From an uncultured Pseudomonadota bacterium (GTDB lineage Bacteria; Myxococcota_A; Polyangia; Fen-1088), in the NCBI GenBank assembly GCA_963831685.1, contig CAWHRJ010000002.1, positions 675,188 to 739,187 on the forward strand: a stretch of 64,000 nt of DNA, read 5' to 3'. Each line of letters starts with the position of its first letter. Position 1 is the first letter of the stretch. Positions 1 through 11,232 of this stretch are shown one piece after another. Made by a program: the position numbers and the translations under genes. Under the pieces are notes generated by a model. It was not told where the DNA came from. It worked only from the letters and a program-made list of their open reading frames with translations, and did not search any database.

Positions 1-113
1 ACGAGAACCACTCCGACGACGAGGATCGGTTTCTTCTGCTCGGGATGAGCGGTCGTCTCGTCTCCGAAGGCAAACGCACTCGAGCGGCAACAATACGAGG
101 ACCGGAGGATCAG
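1..113 (+). pseudogene. BrnT-like (DUF497) toxin, 3' remnant cut by the window edge
   Basis: Frame 3 reads ENHSDDEDRFLLLGMSGRLVSEGKRTRAATIRGPEDQ. The HS.DEDRF...G block typical of BrnT toxins is present, but the following segment looks shortened. There is no stop codon before the brnA ATG at 114. Confidence 0.4.
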
Positions 114-374
114 ATGAAGAAGAACTACGACTTTGCCGGCGCTGTCCGGAATCCCTACGCCAAGCGCCTCAAGAAGCAGCTCACCATCAGGCTCGATGAG
201 GAGACGATCGACTACTTCCAAGGACTCTCACGGAAGATGTCTCTTCCCTACCAAACCCTCATGAACATGTACCTTCGCGACTGCGCGGAAACGCGGAAGA
301 GCCCTCATTGGGCCGCACCCTCACGTTCGCGGCGGCCCAAGGCGCTGCCGAAACCTGCGAGCAACCGCCGGTGA
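114..374 (+). CDS. brnA: BrnA-type ribbon-helix-helix antitoxin
   Basis: MKKNYDFAGAVRNPYAKRLKKQLTIRLDEETIDYFQGLSRKMSLPYQTLMNMYLRDCAE fits the BrnA pattern (NPYAK.LKKQ.TIRLD..I.YF....G.PYQTLIN.YLRDC). I prefer the internal ATG at 114 to the ORF-track start at 45. The 3' tail may be over-extended. Confidence 0.75.
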   Translation: MKKNYDFAGAVRNPYAKRLKKQLTIRLDEETIDYFQGLSRKMSLPYQTLMNMYLRDCAETRKSPHWAAPSRSRRPKALPKPASNRR

Positions 375-392
375 ACGCCTCGACCGGTTCGG

Positions 393-1790
393 CTAGGAAC
401 AGATTCCCGCCAGCGGGTCGGGGCAGGTCCCATTGCTGCCGCAGTAACCGGCGAGACAGTTCGAAGGGAACGTGCCCGCCGAGCAAGCCGCGCCGGCGCC
501 GAGGAGCGCCTTGCAGTGGGAGGTGGTCGGGTCGCAATTCGACCCGTCGACGCAGGCGCCGAACGCGTTCGTGCAGGCGGCCCCGGCCGGCAAGCGCGAC
601 TGGCAGGTTCCGCTGCCGAACTCACAGTAGGTCTTGATCCCGTCGCACTGATTGGAGCTGTCGCAGGAATCGCCGAGCCCCCCGATCGGCACGCAGACGT
701 AGCTCGCGGAGCACATCAGTCCCTGGTCCTGGTCGCAGAAGGTGTACCCGGTCGGATTGCCCATGCCCTGGAAGCTCCTTTGGGACGGTGACGCCGTTCC
801 GATGCAGGGATCGGACAGCTTGGTGGTGATGACGGCGCAGAGATGGCCGCCGTCGTTCGACCCGGTCGACCAGAAGATGTCGGGCTCGCAGGCGGCAGGG
901 CCGGATGGACCGGGTGCGCAGTCGCCGTCCATGTTGCAGGGCTGTCCGGCCGCCACGGTCCCGGTGCTCGCGGACCCAAAGACGCTCGCGCACTCCGGAA
1001 TCACGGCGAACCCGTTGGCGCCGCCGGAGAGCGTGGCGAGCCCCGCACAGAACCCCGACCCGGACGGGCGCGCCTGCAGGGCGGCGAGGCAGGCGGTCGC
1101 CGCGGTCTCGTCGAACGTGTAGGACCCCGCCGCGCTCAGGACCAGATCTTCGCACGCCAACGACGAATGACTGGCCGCGCAGCATGGGTCGACGAGGGCA
1201 CAATACGACTGGGCGAACGACTGCGCGGCGGAGGAGGCCCCGGAGCATTTCTGCTGCAGAGTCTGGCAGCTGACCGGCGACGAGGTCGCGGGGCTGGCGG
1301 TGCCGCCGTCGTTCGCCGTCAAACTGGCGCGGGTGACCGAGCCGCAGTCGGGGAGCTGCGCGGCGAGTGCTCGCGTGGCGGCCGCCTCGTCGTCGAGGCA
1401 GCTCGCGAGCTCGCTGACGGTGGCCGTGCAGTTCGCGGGCGGGGCCATGCAGGTCTGGGTGGCGCCGGCTCCGCCGTCGGGATGAAGGCACGACGTGTAG
1501 GCCGACGTGCAGGCCGCCTGCAGCTCAGCGTCGGTCATGTCCGGCGAAAAGCTGGCCGTGAGCGCCACCGTCAGGAAGGCCGCCTCGTGGCAGGCGTCCA
1601 TCTCGAGGGACGACTGCTGCGCAAACCTCATCTCGTCGTTGCACAGCTCGGTGGCCTGCGAACCGCTCAGGCTCCCGAGCGGCGTGTTTCCGGGGATCGA
1701 GGTCACGAAGACCTCTCCCGAACCGCCGCCGCACGCCGCGGGGAGAGCCCCGATCAAAATCAGACCCAACACTGTCGCTCGTCTGTCCAT
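393..1790 (-). CDS. Cys-rich secreted lipoprotein, function unknown
   Basis: 465-aa ORF with a signal peptide plus lipobox (LILIGALPAAC). It is very Cys-rich, with C-terminal Dickkopf-like spacing (CDSSNQCDG..YCE.GSGTC...CTNAFGACVDGSNCD). Confidence 0.7.
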   Translation of the reverse strand: MDRRATVLGLILIGALPAACGGGSGEVFVTSIPGNTPLGSLSGSQATELCNDEMRFAQQSSLEMDACHEAAFLTVALTASFSPDMTDAELQAACTSAYTSCLHPDGGAGATQTCMAPPANCTATVSELASCLDDEAAATRALAAQLPDCGSVTRASLTANDGGTASPATSSPVSCQTLQQKCSGASSAAQSFAQSYCALVDPCCAASHSSLACEDLVLSAAGSYTFDETAATACLAALQARPSGSGFCAGLATLSGGANGFAVIPECASVFGSASTGTVAAGQPCNMDGDCAPGPSGPAACEPDIFWSTGSNDGGHLCAVITTKLSDPCIGTASPSQRSFQGMGNPTGYTFCDQDQGLMCSASYVCVPIGGLGDSCDSSNQCDGIKTYCEFGSGTCQSRLPAGAACTNAFGACVDGSNCDPTTSHCKALLGAGAACSAGTFPSNCLAGYCGSNGTCPDPLAGICS

Positions 1791-1941
1791 GGACCCAGAC
1801 CATCAGCAAGTCCCGTGCCCGATTTTGAACTACACGGAGCCGCCGGCGCAGCGGCCACGACGCGCGCACGTGAAGGATGCGCGACACAGTGAGAACGATT
1901 CTGCACACGAAGCGGTGCGCTCGGGGGGCTCCCCGTGCGTC

Positions 1942-2742
1942 TCAGGTCTCGGCGACCACCGGGTTCGTGAGCGAGCCGATCTTCTCGATCTCCACCGTCA
2001 CCACGTCGCCGGGCTTGAGCCAGATGGGTGGCTTGCGGGCCATCCCCACGCCCGAGGGTGTCCCGGTCAGGATGACGGTCCCCGGCACCAGCGTGGTGCT
2101 GCCGCTCAGGAACTCGATGAGGCGCGGCACGTCGAAGATCATGTCGGCGGTCGTCTCATCCTGCATCCGCACGCCGTTCAAGATGGTGGCGATCTTGAGG
2201 GCGTTGGGGTCGGGAATCTCGTCGCGCGTGACGAGACAAGGGCCGAGCGGCGCGAAGGTGTCGAAGGTCTTCCCGCGGCACCACTGCCCTCCCCCGTTGC
2301 GGATCTGCCAGTCGCGCGCCGAGACGTCGTTGGCGCAGGTGTAGCCGAGCACGTAGTCGAGCGCGCGCGCGCGTGACACGTTCTTGCAGGTGCGCCCGAT
2401 CACCACCGCCAGCTCGCACTCGTAGTCGACCTCGGCGCTGGCGAGGTGGCCGGGGATCACGATCGGCGCGCCGGGATCCTGCGCGGCGTTCACCCCCTTC
2501 ATGAAGAGGATCGGGTAGTCGGGGAGCTTTGCGCCGGTCTCCTGCGCGTGGCGCCGGTAGTTGAGCCCGATGCAGAAGAAGCCCTTCGGCTCGATCGGCG
2601 CCAGCAGGCGCGCCACGTCGGCGGTCTTCTCGGTGATCGTGTGGTCAGCGAAGAGGTCGCCTTCGATCGAACGGACGCGACCGTCCTCCTGGGCTCCGTG
2701 GTGCGCCCGCCCGGCGCCGTCGAGATAACGAACGATCTTCAT
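1942..2742 (-). CDS. Fumarylacetoacetate hydrolase (FAH) family hydrolase, candidate 2,4-diketo-3-deoxy-L-fuconate hydrolase
   Basis: The last 266 aa of the 560-aa ORF, starting MKIVRYLDG, carry FAH blocks (FCIGLNYRRHA, DYECELAVVIG, GKTFDTFAPLGP, GTVILTGTPSGVG). ATG at 2742 with GGAGA upstream. ATGA overlap with the fucD stop. Confidence 0.9.
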   Translation of the reverse strand: MKIVRYLDGAGRAHHGAQEDGRVRSIEGDLFADHTITEKTADVARLLAPIEPKGFFCIGLNYRRHAQETGAKLPDYPILFMKGVNAAQDPGAPIVIPGHLASAEVDYECELAVVIGRTCKNVSRARALDYVLGYTCANDVSARDWQIRNGGGQWCRGKTFDTFAPLGPCLVTRDEIPDPNALKIATILNGVRMQDETTADMIFDVPRLIEFLSGSTTLVPGTVILTGTPSGVGMARKPPIWLKPGDVVTVEIEKIGSLTNPVVAET

Positions 2743-4081
2743 GTTGGTGAAGTCTCCTTCCAGACCGAGCCGCCAGGATAGGTGTGCGCCGCCAGCGAGG
2801 CGGGTTTCATGGTGATGCTGGCGCCGGCGGCGGTCGGCACCTGGTAGCGGCCGCCGCGGATCACGCAGGGGTCGACGAAGTGCTCGTGCAGGTGATCGAC
2901 GTACTCGATCGAGCGCCGCTCGAGCGCGCCCGACACCGCGACGTAGTCGAAGATCGAGGCGTGCTGCACGTACTCGCAGAGACCGACGCCGCCCGCGTGG
3001 GGGCAGACCGGAACGCCGAAGCGCGCGGCGAGGAGCAGCGTCGCCACCATCTCGCCCACGCCGGCCATGCGGCAAAAGTCGAGCTGGCAGAAGGCGGCGG
3101 CGCGCGCGGCGAGCAGCTGCTTCCAGACCACGCGGTTCGACACCATCTCGCCGGTGGCGACGCCGATGCCCAGCGGCTCGAGCGCGCGCGCGATCGCGGC
3201 GTGCCCCAGGATGTCGTCGGGGCTGGTCGGCTCCTCGATCCAGAGCGGCTTCGACGGCGCGAGCGCGGTCATCCAGTCGATCGCCTGGCCGACGTCCCAG
3301 CGCTGGTTGGCGTCGACCATCAGGACGCCGCCCTGGCCGATCTCCTCGCGCACCAGCGCCGCGCGCCGGATGTCGTCGGCGCGGTTCGCCCCAACTTTGA
3401 TTTTGAAGCGGGTGAACCCGGCGCCGAGCGCCGCGCGGCAGAGCCGCCGGATCTTCGTCGTCGGGGTAGCCGAGCCAGCCGACCGAGGTGGTGTACGCCG
3501 GGTAGCCGGTCTCGCGCAGCTCCGCCTCGCGCGCTGCGCGCGTCGGGACCAGGCGATCGAGCGCGCGGCGCGCCTCGTCCGGGGTGAGCGCATCGGTCAG
3601 GTAGTGCCAGTCGACGAGCTCCACGATCCGCGTCGGGTGACAGATCGGCCAGCAGCTTCCAGAGCGGCTGGCCGGCGATCTTGGCCCACAGGTCCCAGAG
3701 CGCGTTCACCACCGCCGCGCTGGCCAGCTGCATGACCCCCTTCTCGGGGCCGAGCCAGCGAAGCTGCGAATCGCCGGTGGTGATCCGCCGGGTGAGCTCG
3801 CCCGGCGCGTCGGTGAAGGCGGCGAGCGGTTGGCCGACGACCAGCGGCCGGATCGCCTCGACGCCGGCGACGACCACCTCGGTGCCGCGGCCGATGGTGA
3901 AGGTCAGTCCGTGCCCCTCGACGCTGTCCCCGCGATCGGTCCCGAGGATCACGTAGGCCGCCGAGTAGTCGGGGTCGAGATTCATCGCGTCCGAGCCATC
4001 GAGGTTGCGCGAGGTCGGGAAGCGGACGTCGACGATGCGCAGGCTGGTGATGGTGCCGGTGCGGTCGTCGAGCGGTTTCAT
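2739..4081 (-). pseudogene. fucD: L-fuconate dehydratase (enolase superfamily) with two apparent 1-nt frameshifts
   Basis: The N-terminus (ITSLRIVDVRFPTSRNLDGSDAMNLDPDYSAAYVIL...PLWKLLADLSPD) is in the 3320..4081 frame. The middle (ELVDWHYLTDALTPDEA...GYPAYTTSVGWLGYPDD) is in the 1942..3624 frame. The C-terminus (IRRLCRAALGAGFTRFKIKVGA...LWIEEPTSPDD...CPHAGGVGLCE) is in the 2739..3593 frame. The shifts lie near 3625-3632 and 3452-3456. Confidence 0.85.
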
Positions 4082-4842
4082 TTGCCCGCGCTCCAGCCGC
4101 CGTCGACCAGGAGGCTGCTCCCCATCACCATCGCCGACTCGTCGGCCGCCAGGTAAAGCGCGGCGGCGGCGATCTCCTCGGGCTTGGCCATCCGCCCGAC
4201 CAACTGCGTGCCGGCCATGTCGCGGTAGGCCTGCTCGGGATCGGGCGACTCGGCGATGCGCTTCATCGCGAACGGCGTCTCGACGCGGCCCGGGCAGATG
4301 CAGTTGAAGCGCACGCCCGTGTGCGAATGATCGAGCGTCAGCGACTTGGTCAGCCCCACGACCGCGAACTTGGTGACCGTGTAGGCCAGCCGCTGTCGCA
4401 CGGCCACCACGCCGCCGATCGAGGCCATGTTGATGACGCTCCCCGCGCCGCGCGCGATCATCGCGGGCGCGAAGGCCTTGCAGCAGTTGAAGACGCCGCG
4501 CACGTTGACCGCGTACAGACGATCGAGATCGGCGGCGGTGGTGTTCGACAGATCGCCGACGTGGCCGATCCCGGCGTTGGCGCAGAGCACGTCGAGCGGC
4601 GGCAGCCCGCCGGCCAGCGCCAGCACGGCCGCCTCGTCAGAAACGTCGACGACCGCCAGCTCGGCGCGGCCCGACGCGGCCCGGATGGCTTCGACCGTCG
4701 CGCGGCCGGCCGGCTCGTCGCGGTCGACCACGAACACGTCGGCCCCCTGCGCGGCGAAAAGCTCGGCGATCGCCCTGCCGATGCCGGAGCCGGCACCGGT
4801 CACCAGCGCGTTCTTGCCGTCGAGTCGAAAGGGCGTTGTCAT
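4078..4842 (-). CDS. Short-chain dehydrogenase/reductase, candidate 2-keto-3-deoxy-L-fuconate dehydrogenase
   Basis: 254 aa with TGAGSGIG Rossmann motif, NAG, S...YxxxK (YTVTK) and a PG..T motif. ATGA overlaps with both neighbours. Confidence 0.85.
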   Translation of the reverse strand: MTTPFRLDGKNALVTGAGSGIGRAIAELFAAQGADVFVVDRDEPAGRATVEAIRAASGRAELAVVDVSDEAAVLALAGGLPPLDVLCANAGIGHVGDLSNTTAADLDRLYAVNVRGVFNCCKAFAPAMIARGAGSVINMASIGGVVAVRQRLAYTVTKFAVVGLTKSLTLDHSHTGVRFNCICPGRVETPFAMKRIAESPDPEQAYRDMAGTQLVGRMAKPEEIAAAALYLAADESAMVMGSSLLVDGGWSAGK

Positions 4843-5699
4843 GCCAGCCGGTAAACCCTCCGTGCGTTATGGGACAGGATGGCGGCCCGCTCGTTTTCCG
4901 ACAGCGGCGCCAGAAAGTCGAGCGCCGTCTGCAACCAACGCCGGTAGTCGGCCGCCAGTTTCACCACCGGCCAGTCGCTCCCAAAAAGTAGCCGACCGGG
5001 CCCGAAGCAGCTCAGCAAATGATCGACGTACGGCTGCAGCGCCGCCGGCGTCCAGGTGGCCGGATCGGCCTCCGTCACCAGCCCGGACAGCTTACAAACG
5101 ACGTTGGGGAGCCGCGCCAGCGCGGCAACGTTCTCCCGCCACGGATCGAGGACGCCGCCGCGGATGTACGGCTTGCCCGCGTGATCGAGCACGAACGTCG
5201 TCTCGGGACAGGCGCGCACGAGCGCCGTGCAGGCGGGGAGCTGCGCGTGCCGGACACAGAGGTCGAACGTCCAGCCGCGCGCCCCGACCGCACGCACGCC
5301 GTCGATGAACGCCGGGCGCAGACAGTGCCCCGGGTCCGCGTAGTCCTGCAGGTTGTGTCGCACGCCGCGCACACGCGCCCGGCCCGCGAGCGCCGCCAGC
5401 GCCGCCTCCGTCTCGGCGCCACGGTCGACCGCCATCTGCGCGACGATCGCGGCGATGCGCGGCTCGCGGGCGGCGAGCGTCTCGACCCAATCGACTTCGT
5501 CGAGCGCGCGCGACGGATCGACGGCCGCTTCGACGAACACGATCGCGTCGGGCAACGGCGCGCCGGCTTCGCGCGCCAGCTCGACGGGCGTATGCGCGCC
5601 GGCGATCGCCGGCACGTCCGCCAGCCACGGATAGGGCAACCGCGCGCCGTCCCAGAAATGGACGTGGGCATCGACGAAGCTGGGCGCGGCGTCGCTCAC
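4839..5699 (-). CDS. Amidohydrolase_2 family protein, candidate L-fucono-1,5-lactonase
   Basis: C-terminal 286 aa of the 711-aa ORF: VSDAAPSFVDAHVHFWD (HxH metal motif) ... VLDHAGKP ... LLFGSDWPV. GTG start at 5699 in a GTGA overlap with the upstream stop. Confidence 0.85.
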   Translation of the reverse strand: MSDAAPSFVDAHVHFWDGARLPYPWLADVPAIAGAHTPVELAREAGAPLPDAIVFVEAAVDPSRALDEVDWVETLAAREPRIAAIVAQMAVDRGAETEAALAALAGRARVRGVRHNLQDYADPGHCLRPAFIDGVRAVGARGWTFDLCVRHAQLPACTALVRACPETTFVLDHAGKPYIRGGVLDPWRENVAALARLPNVVCKLSGLVTEADPATWTPAALQPYVDHLLSCFGPGRLLFGSDWPVVKLAADYRRWLQTALDFLAPLSENERAAILSHNARRVYRLA

Positions 5700-6871
5700 G
5701 CCACACCCGAAAAGGCCGAGGTGATCTCGGCGAGTCCGACGCCCAGCGCGGCGCGCGCCACGGCGTCGAGATCGGCGGGCGCGCCGAGGAAGTGCAGCGT
5801 CCGGTGGACGTGCTCGGCCGATCCGGCGGGGGCGAGCGCCAACGCCGGCGACGACGTCTCGAGCTCGTAGAACGGGCCGAACGGCGCGGCACCCGGGGTG
5901 GCTGGGCCGTCGTTGTAGGCGTTGACGACATCGCCCGCATACGGATCGCCCTGCTGCTCCCAGAGCGAGCTCATATAATCGCGCGCGCCCGTGGGCAGCG
6001 TGTAGGTCACGATGGTCAGCATCCCGCCGTCGGCGTCGTAGCTCCCCAGCGCGGGCCGGGCGCGGTGTTGCGCCAGGCCGATCTTCGCGCGGTGCTGACC
6101 GTCGGCGCGGAAGTAGATGGCGCTCTCCTTGACGAGCAGCCGATGGGGAGCCACGCGGCCGAAGTAGCGGTCGTTCACGACGGGGCCGAGGTCGGAATCG
6201 GACGCCAAGCGAAAGGGAAGAACGATCGTCGTGGCTGGCGACGGCGCGAAGGTGCCGGCGATCCAGATCGAGATGAGGCCGGTCTCGCGCCGCCAGGGCC
6301 CGCCGCCGCGGTTGGTGACGCGATTGCGCGTCTCGAAGCCGACGACGGCGACGCCACCCCGCGCCGGCACGCCGGCTTCCTTCCAGATCGCCTCGGACGG
6401 ATGGAGGCGCACCTCGCGCTCGACCTCGAGATCGAACACCGTCCCCGACGCGTTCGTGAGGCGCATCGTCTTGCGCAGCAGCGCGCGGTCGGCGGCGCTC
6501 TCGGCCAGCGCAAACGGCTCGGCGTCGATCGGCGGCGGCGTCTGCCAGTGCGCGAGATCCTGCGGCGCGCCCGGCGCGAAGAAGAGCGAGAACTGTCCCC
6601 CCTCGGGCCCCAGCCAGAACCGATCCTCGCCGCCGTAGACGTTCATGTGCGGGACCAGCTTCTCCGACGCGATCAGCGCGCGGTTGAGCCAGCCGAAGCT
6701 CGGCCCCGATTCGGATCCGGTCGGACCGCCGGTGGTGCTGGTGGCGACGCGCCCCTGCAGCGCCGGGCAGAGCGCGACGCGCGACGCGCCGTCGGCGGAG
6801 GAGAGCACGACCGTCTCGGTGTGGCGCCGCAGAAAATCGACGTCGTCGCCGAATGTCGATGGCGCGGCCAC
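5696..6871 (-). CDS. Conserved hypothetical protein, first gene of the fucose operon (possibly mutarotase-like fold)
   Basis: 391-aa ORF with no signal peptide. The block NVYGGEDRFWLGPEGGQFSLFF resembles DUF4380/DUF6786-type proteins as I remember them. Translationally coupled to the lactonase gene. Confidence 0.65.
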   Translation of the reverse strand: MAAPSTFGDDVDFLRRHTETVVLSSADGASRVALCPALQGRVATSTTGGPTGSESGPSFGWLNRALIASEKLVPHMNVYGGEDRFWLGPEGGQFSLFFAPGAPQDLAHWQTPPPIDAEPFALAESAADRALLRKTMRLTNASGTVFDLEVEREVRLHPSEAIWKEAGVPARGGVAVVGFETRNRVTNRGGGPWRRETGLISIWIAGTFAPSPATTIVLPFRLASDSDLGPVVNDRYFGRVAPHRLLVKESAIYFRADGQHRAKIGLAQHRARPALGSYDADGGMLTIVTYTLPTGARDYMSSLWEQQGDPYAGDVVNAYNDGPATPGAAPFGPFYELETSSPALALAPAGSAEHVHRTLHFLGAPADLDAVARAALGVGLAEITSAFSGVA

Positions 6872-6916
6872 GGCCGGTCTCTATCACGCCCCCATCGCGG
6901 CATCCGCGAAATCGGC

Positions 6917-6952
6917 ATATCCAGATATTCGACCGCCGGCCTAATATCCAGA
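6917..6952. promoter_or_regulatory. Candidate operator in the divergent fucose promoter region
   Basis: ATATCCAGATAT (6917-6928; arms ATATC/GATAT) and a repeated ATATCCAGA (6944-6952), just upstream of the binding-protein ATG at 6955. Confidence 0.3.
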
Positions 6953-6954
6953 CG

Positions 6955-7946
6955 ATGAAGCGGGCCCCCACCATCTATATAGGCGCGCTGGCGTGCGTGG
7001 TCGTGCTGGCCCTCGCCGGACTTCCGACGCTCGGCTGCAAGAAGCACACGACCGATGCGATCGCCGTCATCCCCAAGGGGACGACGCACGAGTTCTGGAA
7101 GTCGGTGCACGCCGGCGCCGAGAAGGCCGCGCAGGAGCTCGGCATCGCCGTCATCTGGAAGGGCCCGCTGCGCGAGGACGACCGCGAGGACCAGATCAAG
7201 GTCGTCGAGAACTTCACCAACATGCACGTCAAGGGGATCGTGCTCGCGCCGCTCGACGACACGGCGCTGGTCCCGGCGGTCACCGACGCGGTCCGCGCCG
7301 GGATCCCGGTCGTCATCTTCGACTCGAGCCTCAAGAGCGACGACCTCACCAGCTTCGTCGCCACCGACAACTACATGGGCGGCCGGTTGGCGGGCGAGCA
7401 CCTGGTATCCCTCATCGCCGGCAAGGGCAAGGTGATGATGCTCCGCTACGCCGAAGGGTCGGCCAGCACCGCAGAGCGCGAGCGCGGCTTCCTCGACGCC
7501 ATCACCTTCCACAAGGGGATCGAGGTGGTCAGCGCCAACCAGTACGGCGGCGTCACCACCGAGAGCGCGTTCGCCGCCAGCGAGAACCTGCTCGCCGCGC
7601 ACAAGGGACCCGACGGCGCGCTCGGCGTGCAGGGGATCTTCTGCCCCAACGAGTCGACGACCTTCGGCATGCTGCGCGCGCTGGAGGACGGCGGCCTCGC
7701 CGGCAAGGTGACCTTCGTCGGGTTCGACAGCTCGCCCAAGATGACCGACGCGATGGCCAAGGGGCACATGGACGCCACGGTGGTGCAGGACCCGATCAAG
7801 ATGGGCTACCTGGCGGTCAAGGCGATGGTCGACCACCTGGCGGGGCGGCCGGTCGACAAGCGGATCGACACCGGCGCCACGCTGATCACGCGCGCGACGA
7901 TGGGGACGCCCGAAGCGCAGGCGCTCTTGAACCCCGACTTCAAGAA

Positions 7947-7962
<16 letters not shown>
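6955..7962 (+). CDS. Sugar ABC transporter periplasmic binding lipoprotein (RbsB-like)
   Basis: [28 protein letters not shown] lipobox, then a periplasmic-binding fold pattern ([44 protein letters not shown]). Confidence 0.9.
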
Positions 7963-9472
<1,510 letters not shown>

Positions 9473-9476
<4 letters not shown>

Positions 9477-10516
9477 GCGCCGACGGTCACGCCGATTCTC
9501 GCGCCCCCGACTTGCACGCCCCGCGCGCCGGGCTCGCCCGCCGCCTCTGGGCCTCCCCCGTCCTCCGCAAGAACCTGGGCGCCGCCGCCGGCCTCGTCGC
9601 CGTCTTCATCCTCTTCACGATCCTCCTCGCCGCCACGCGCGGCCTCAGCTTCGCCGATCCCGACAACCTCGAGACGATCCTCCGCCAGACGACGATCGTC
9701 GCGGTCGCCGCGCTCGGCGCGACCATCGTCATCGTCTCGGGCGGCATCGACCTCTCCGTCGGCTCGATCATCGCGCTCACCACCGTCGTCATCGCCGCCT
9801 GCCTCCGCGCCGGCGCGCCCCCCACCCTCGCCGCGCTCGCCGGCCTCGTCGCCGGCCTCGCCTGCGGCGCGCTGAACGGCCTTCTGGTCACGCGCCTCCG
9901 CGTCGTCCCCTTCATCGTCACGCTCGGCACGATGCTGGTCGTCCGCGGCGTCGCCAAGGGCCTCGCCCACGACCAGAAGATCGACGCCCCGACATCCTGG
10001 CTCAACGAGCTGCTCGCCCGCCTCCCCCACGATCAGACGTCGCGCGCCTGGCTCCTCTTCCCCCCCGGCGTCTGGCTCCTGTTTCTCCTCGCCCTCGCCG
10101 TCGGCGGCCTCCTCCTCTACACGCGCTTCGGCCGCCACGTCTTCGCCGTCGGCTCCAACGAGCAGGCCGCCCGCCTCTGCGGCATCCCCGTCCCCCGCGT
10201 CAAGCTGGCCGTCTACGTCCTGGGCGGCTTCTTCGCCGGCGTCGCCGGCCTGATGCAGTTCTCCCGCCTCACCGTCGGCGATCCCACCGGCGCCAACGGC
10301 CTCGAGCTGAACGTCATCGCCGCCGTCGTCATCGGCGGCGGCAGTCTCGCGGGCGGCGAAGGCTCGGTCACCGGCGCGCTCATCGGCGCGCTCATCATGC
10401 AGGTCCTCCAATCGGGCTGCTCGCAGATGGGCTGGCCCAACTGGGTGCAGGAGATCGTCACCGGTGCCATCATCGTCGTCGCCGTCGCGCTGGATCGCTT
10501 CCGCCACCGACGCTAA
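9473..10516 (+). CDS. Sugar ABC transporter permease (RbsC/BPD_transp_2 type)
   Basis: 347 aa from MSADGH and multi-TM. GGIDLSVGS, FIVTLGTM and RFGRHVFAVGSNEQAARLCGI are characteristic blocks. Confidence 0.9.
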
Positions 10517-10693
10517 CGGGTCGTGTCGGGCGTGGGGTCTGCTGTCGAGACCTCGCGCGGCCAGAAAAACCGGTGCAACGCCGTGCAGACATGCGGGGTT
10601 CGACCATCGGAGCCCGGCTCGCCGACCGCGATGCCCCCCTTCCGACAGGCGGCCTCCCCTCCGGGATCGCGGTGATCGCACCAGGGCTGTTCC

Positions 10694-11113
10694 TTGGTCC
10701 CTTCGTCCAGCGCCGTCGTTCGAATGGCCATCGTCGTCGCTCCTTGGAAGGCGATCATACCGGAGAGCTGGTTGACGGCCCTCTACGACGGACTCCGTCG
10801 AACGCCAGCCATCGCGCTGCGAGACTCCGGTGCAGTGATAGAATCGCACGGCCACCTTTGCTTTCAGACCGGTTGGGCTCGCTACCCGACTGGAAATGCC
10901 TGCGTCCAGGGAAACTGCCGGGTCGACTCCGACTGCGGGCCCGGCGGCTTCTGTTCTCCAACGATCTTCGGTTGCCGCGCCGGGTCCTACGACTGCCACA
11001 CCCCGGCCGACACCTGCTTGAACGACAGCGACTGCGCGACGTCCGGCTTCGGCTGCGTCTACTCGCCCACGACGGGCGCGTGGGGATGCGGCTCGATCGT
11101 CTGCATCGGGTAG
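10694..11113 (+). pseudogene. 5'-truncated paralogue of the small Cys-rich secreted protein family
   Basis: The C-terminal ~85 aa (CFQTGWARYPTGNACVQGNCRVDSDCGPGGFCSP...YDCHTPADTCLNDSDCA...CVYSPTTGAWGCGSIVCIG) align with the C-termini of 24244..24909 and 25187..25840. There is no signal peptide and the N-terminal part is unrelated. Confidence 0.45.
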
Positions 11114-11232
11114 CGCCGCGGGCGGCGCGCGAAGTGCATCATGGCGAGCCCTCTCGTGAAGGTGCTGGAGCAGGCGCTGCAGGACAGGGGGCTCGAGGGC
11201 GTTTTTTTAGGTCTGCGTTAGGATTGGCTGAC

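Noticed and set aside
843-1892. Long plus-strand ORFs (843..1892, 905..1273 and others) opposite the Cys-rich lipoprotein gene.
   Set aside because: These are Arg/Ala/Gly/Pro-rich shadow ORFs typical of the antisense strand of GC-rich genes. They carry no family motifs, and the minus-strand ORF has a signal peptide and coherent domain structure.
4839-6974. The 711-aa ORF taken as one protein.
   Set aside because: Only the C-terminal 286 aa (amidohydrolase) are credible. The upstream part is an out-of-frame read-through of the 391-aa gene and is Arg-rich nonsense.
10505-10606. A possible plus-strand attC-like element after the permease stop (GCTAAC ... GTTCGAC).
   Set aside because: The end heptamers are only approximate, there is no convincing L''/L' stem, and the length and interior are unrelated to the five minus-strand sites. 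It is probably coincidence.
11180-11210. A run of seven T after a GC-rich stretch, considered as a rho-independent terminator.
   Set aside because: I could not find a convincing stem immediately upstream; there is only a 4-bp GCAG/CTGC pairing. I left it uncalled.
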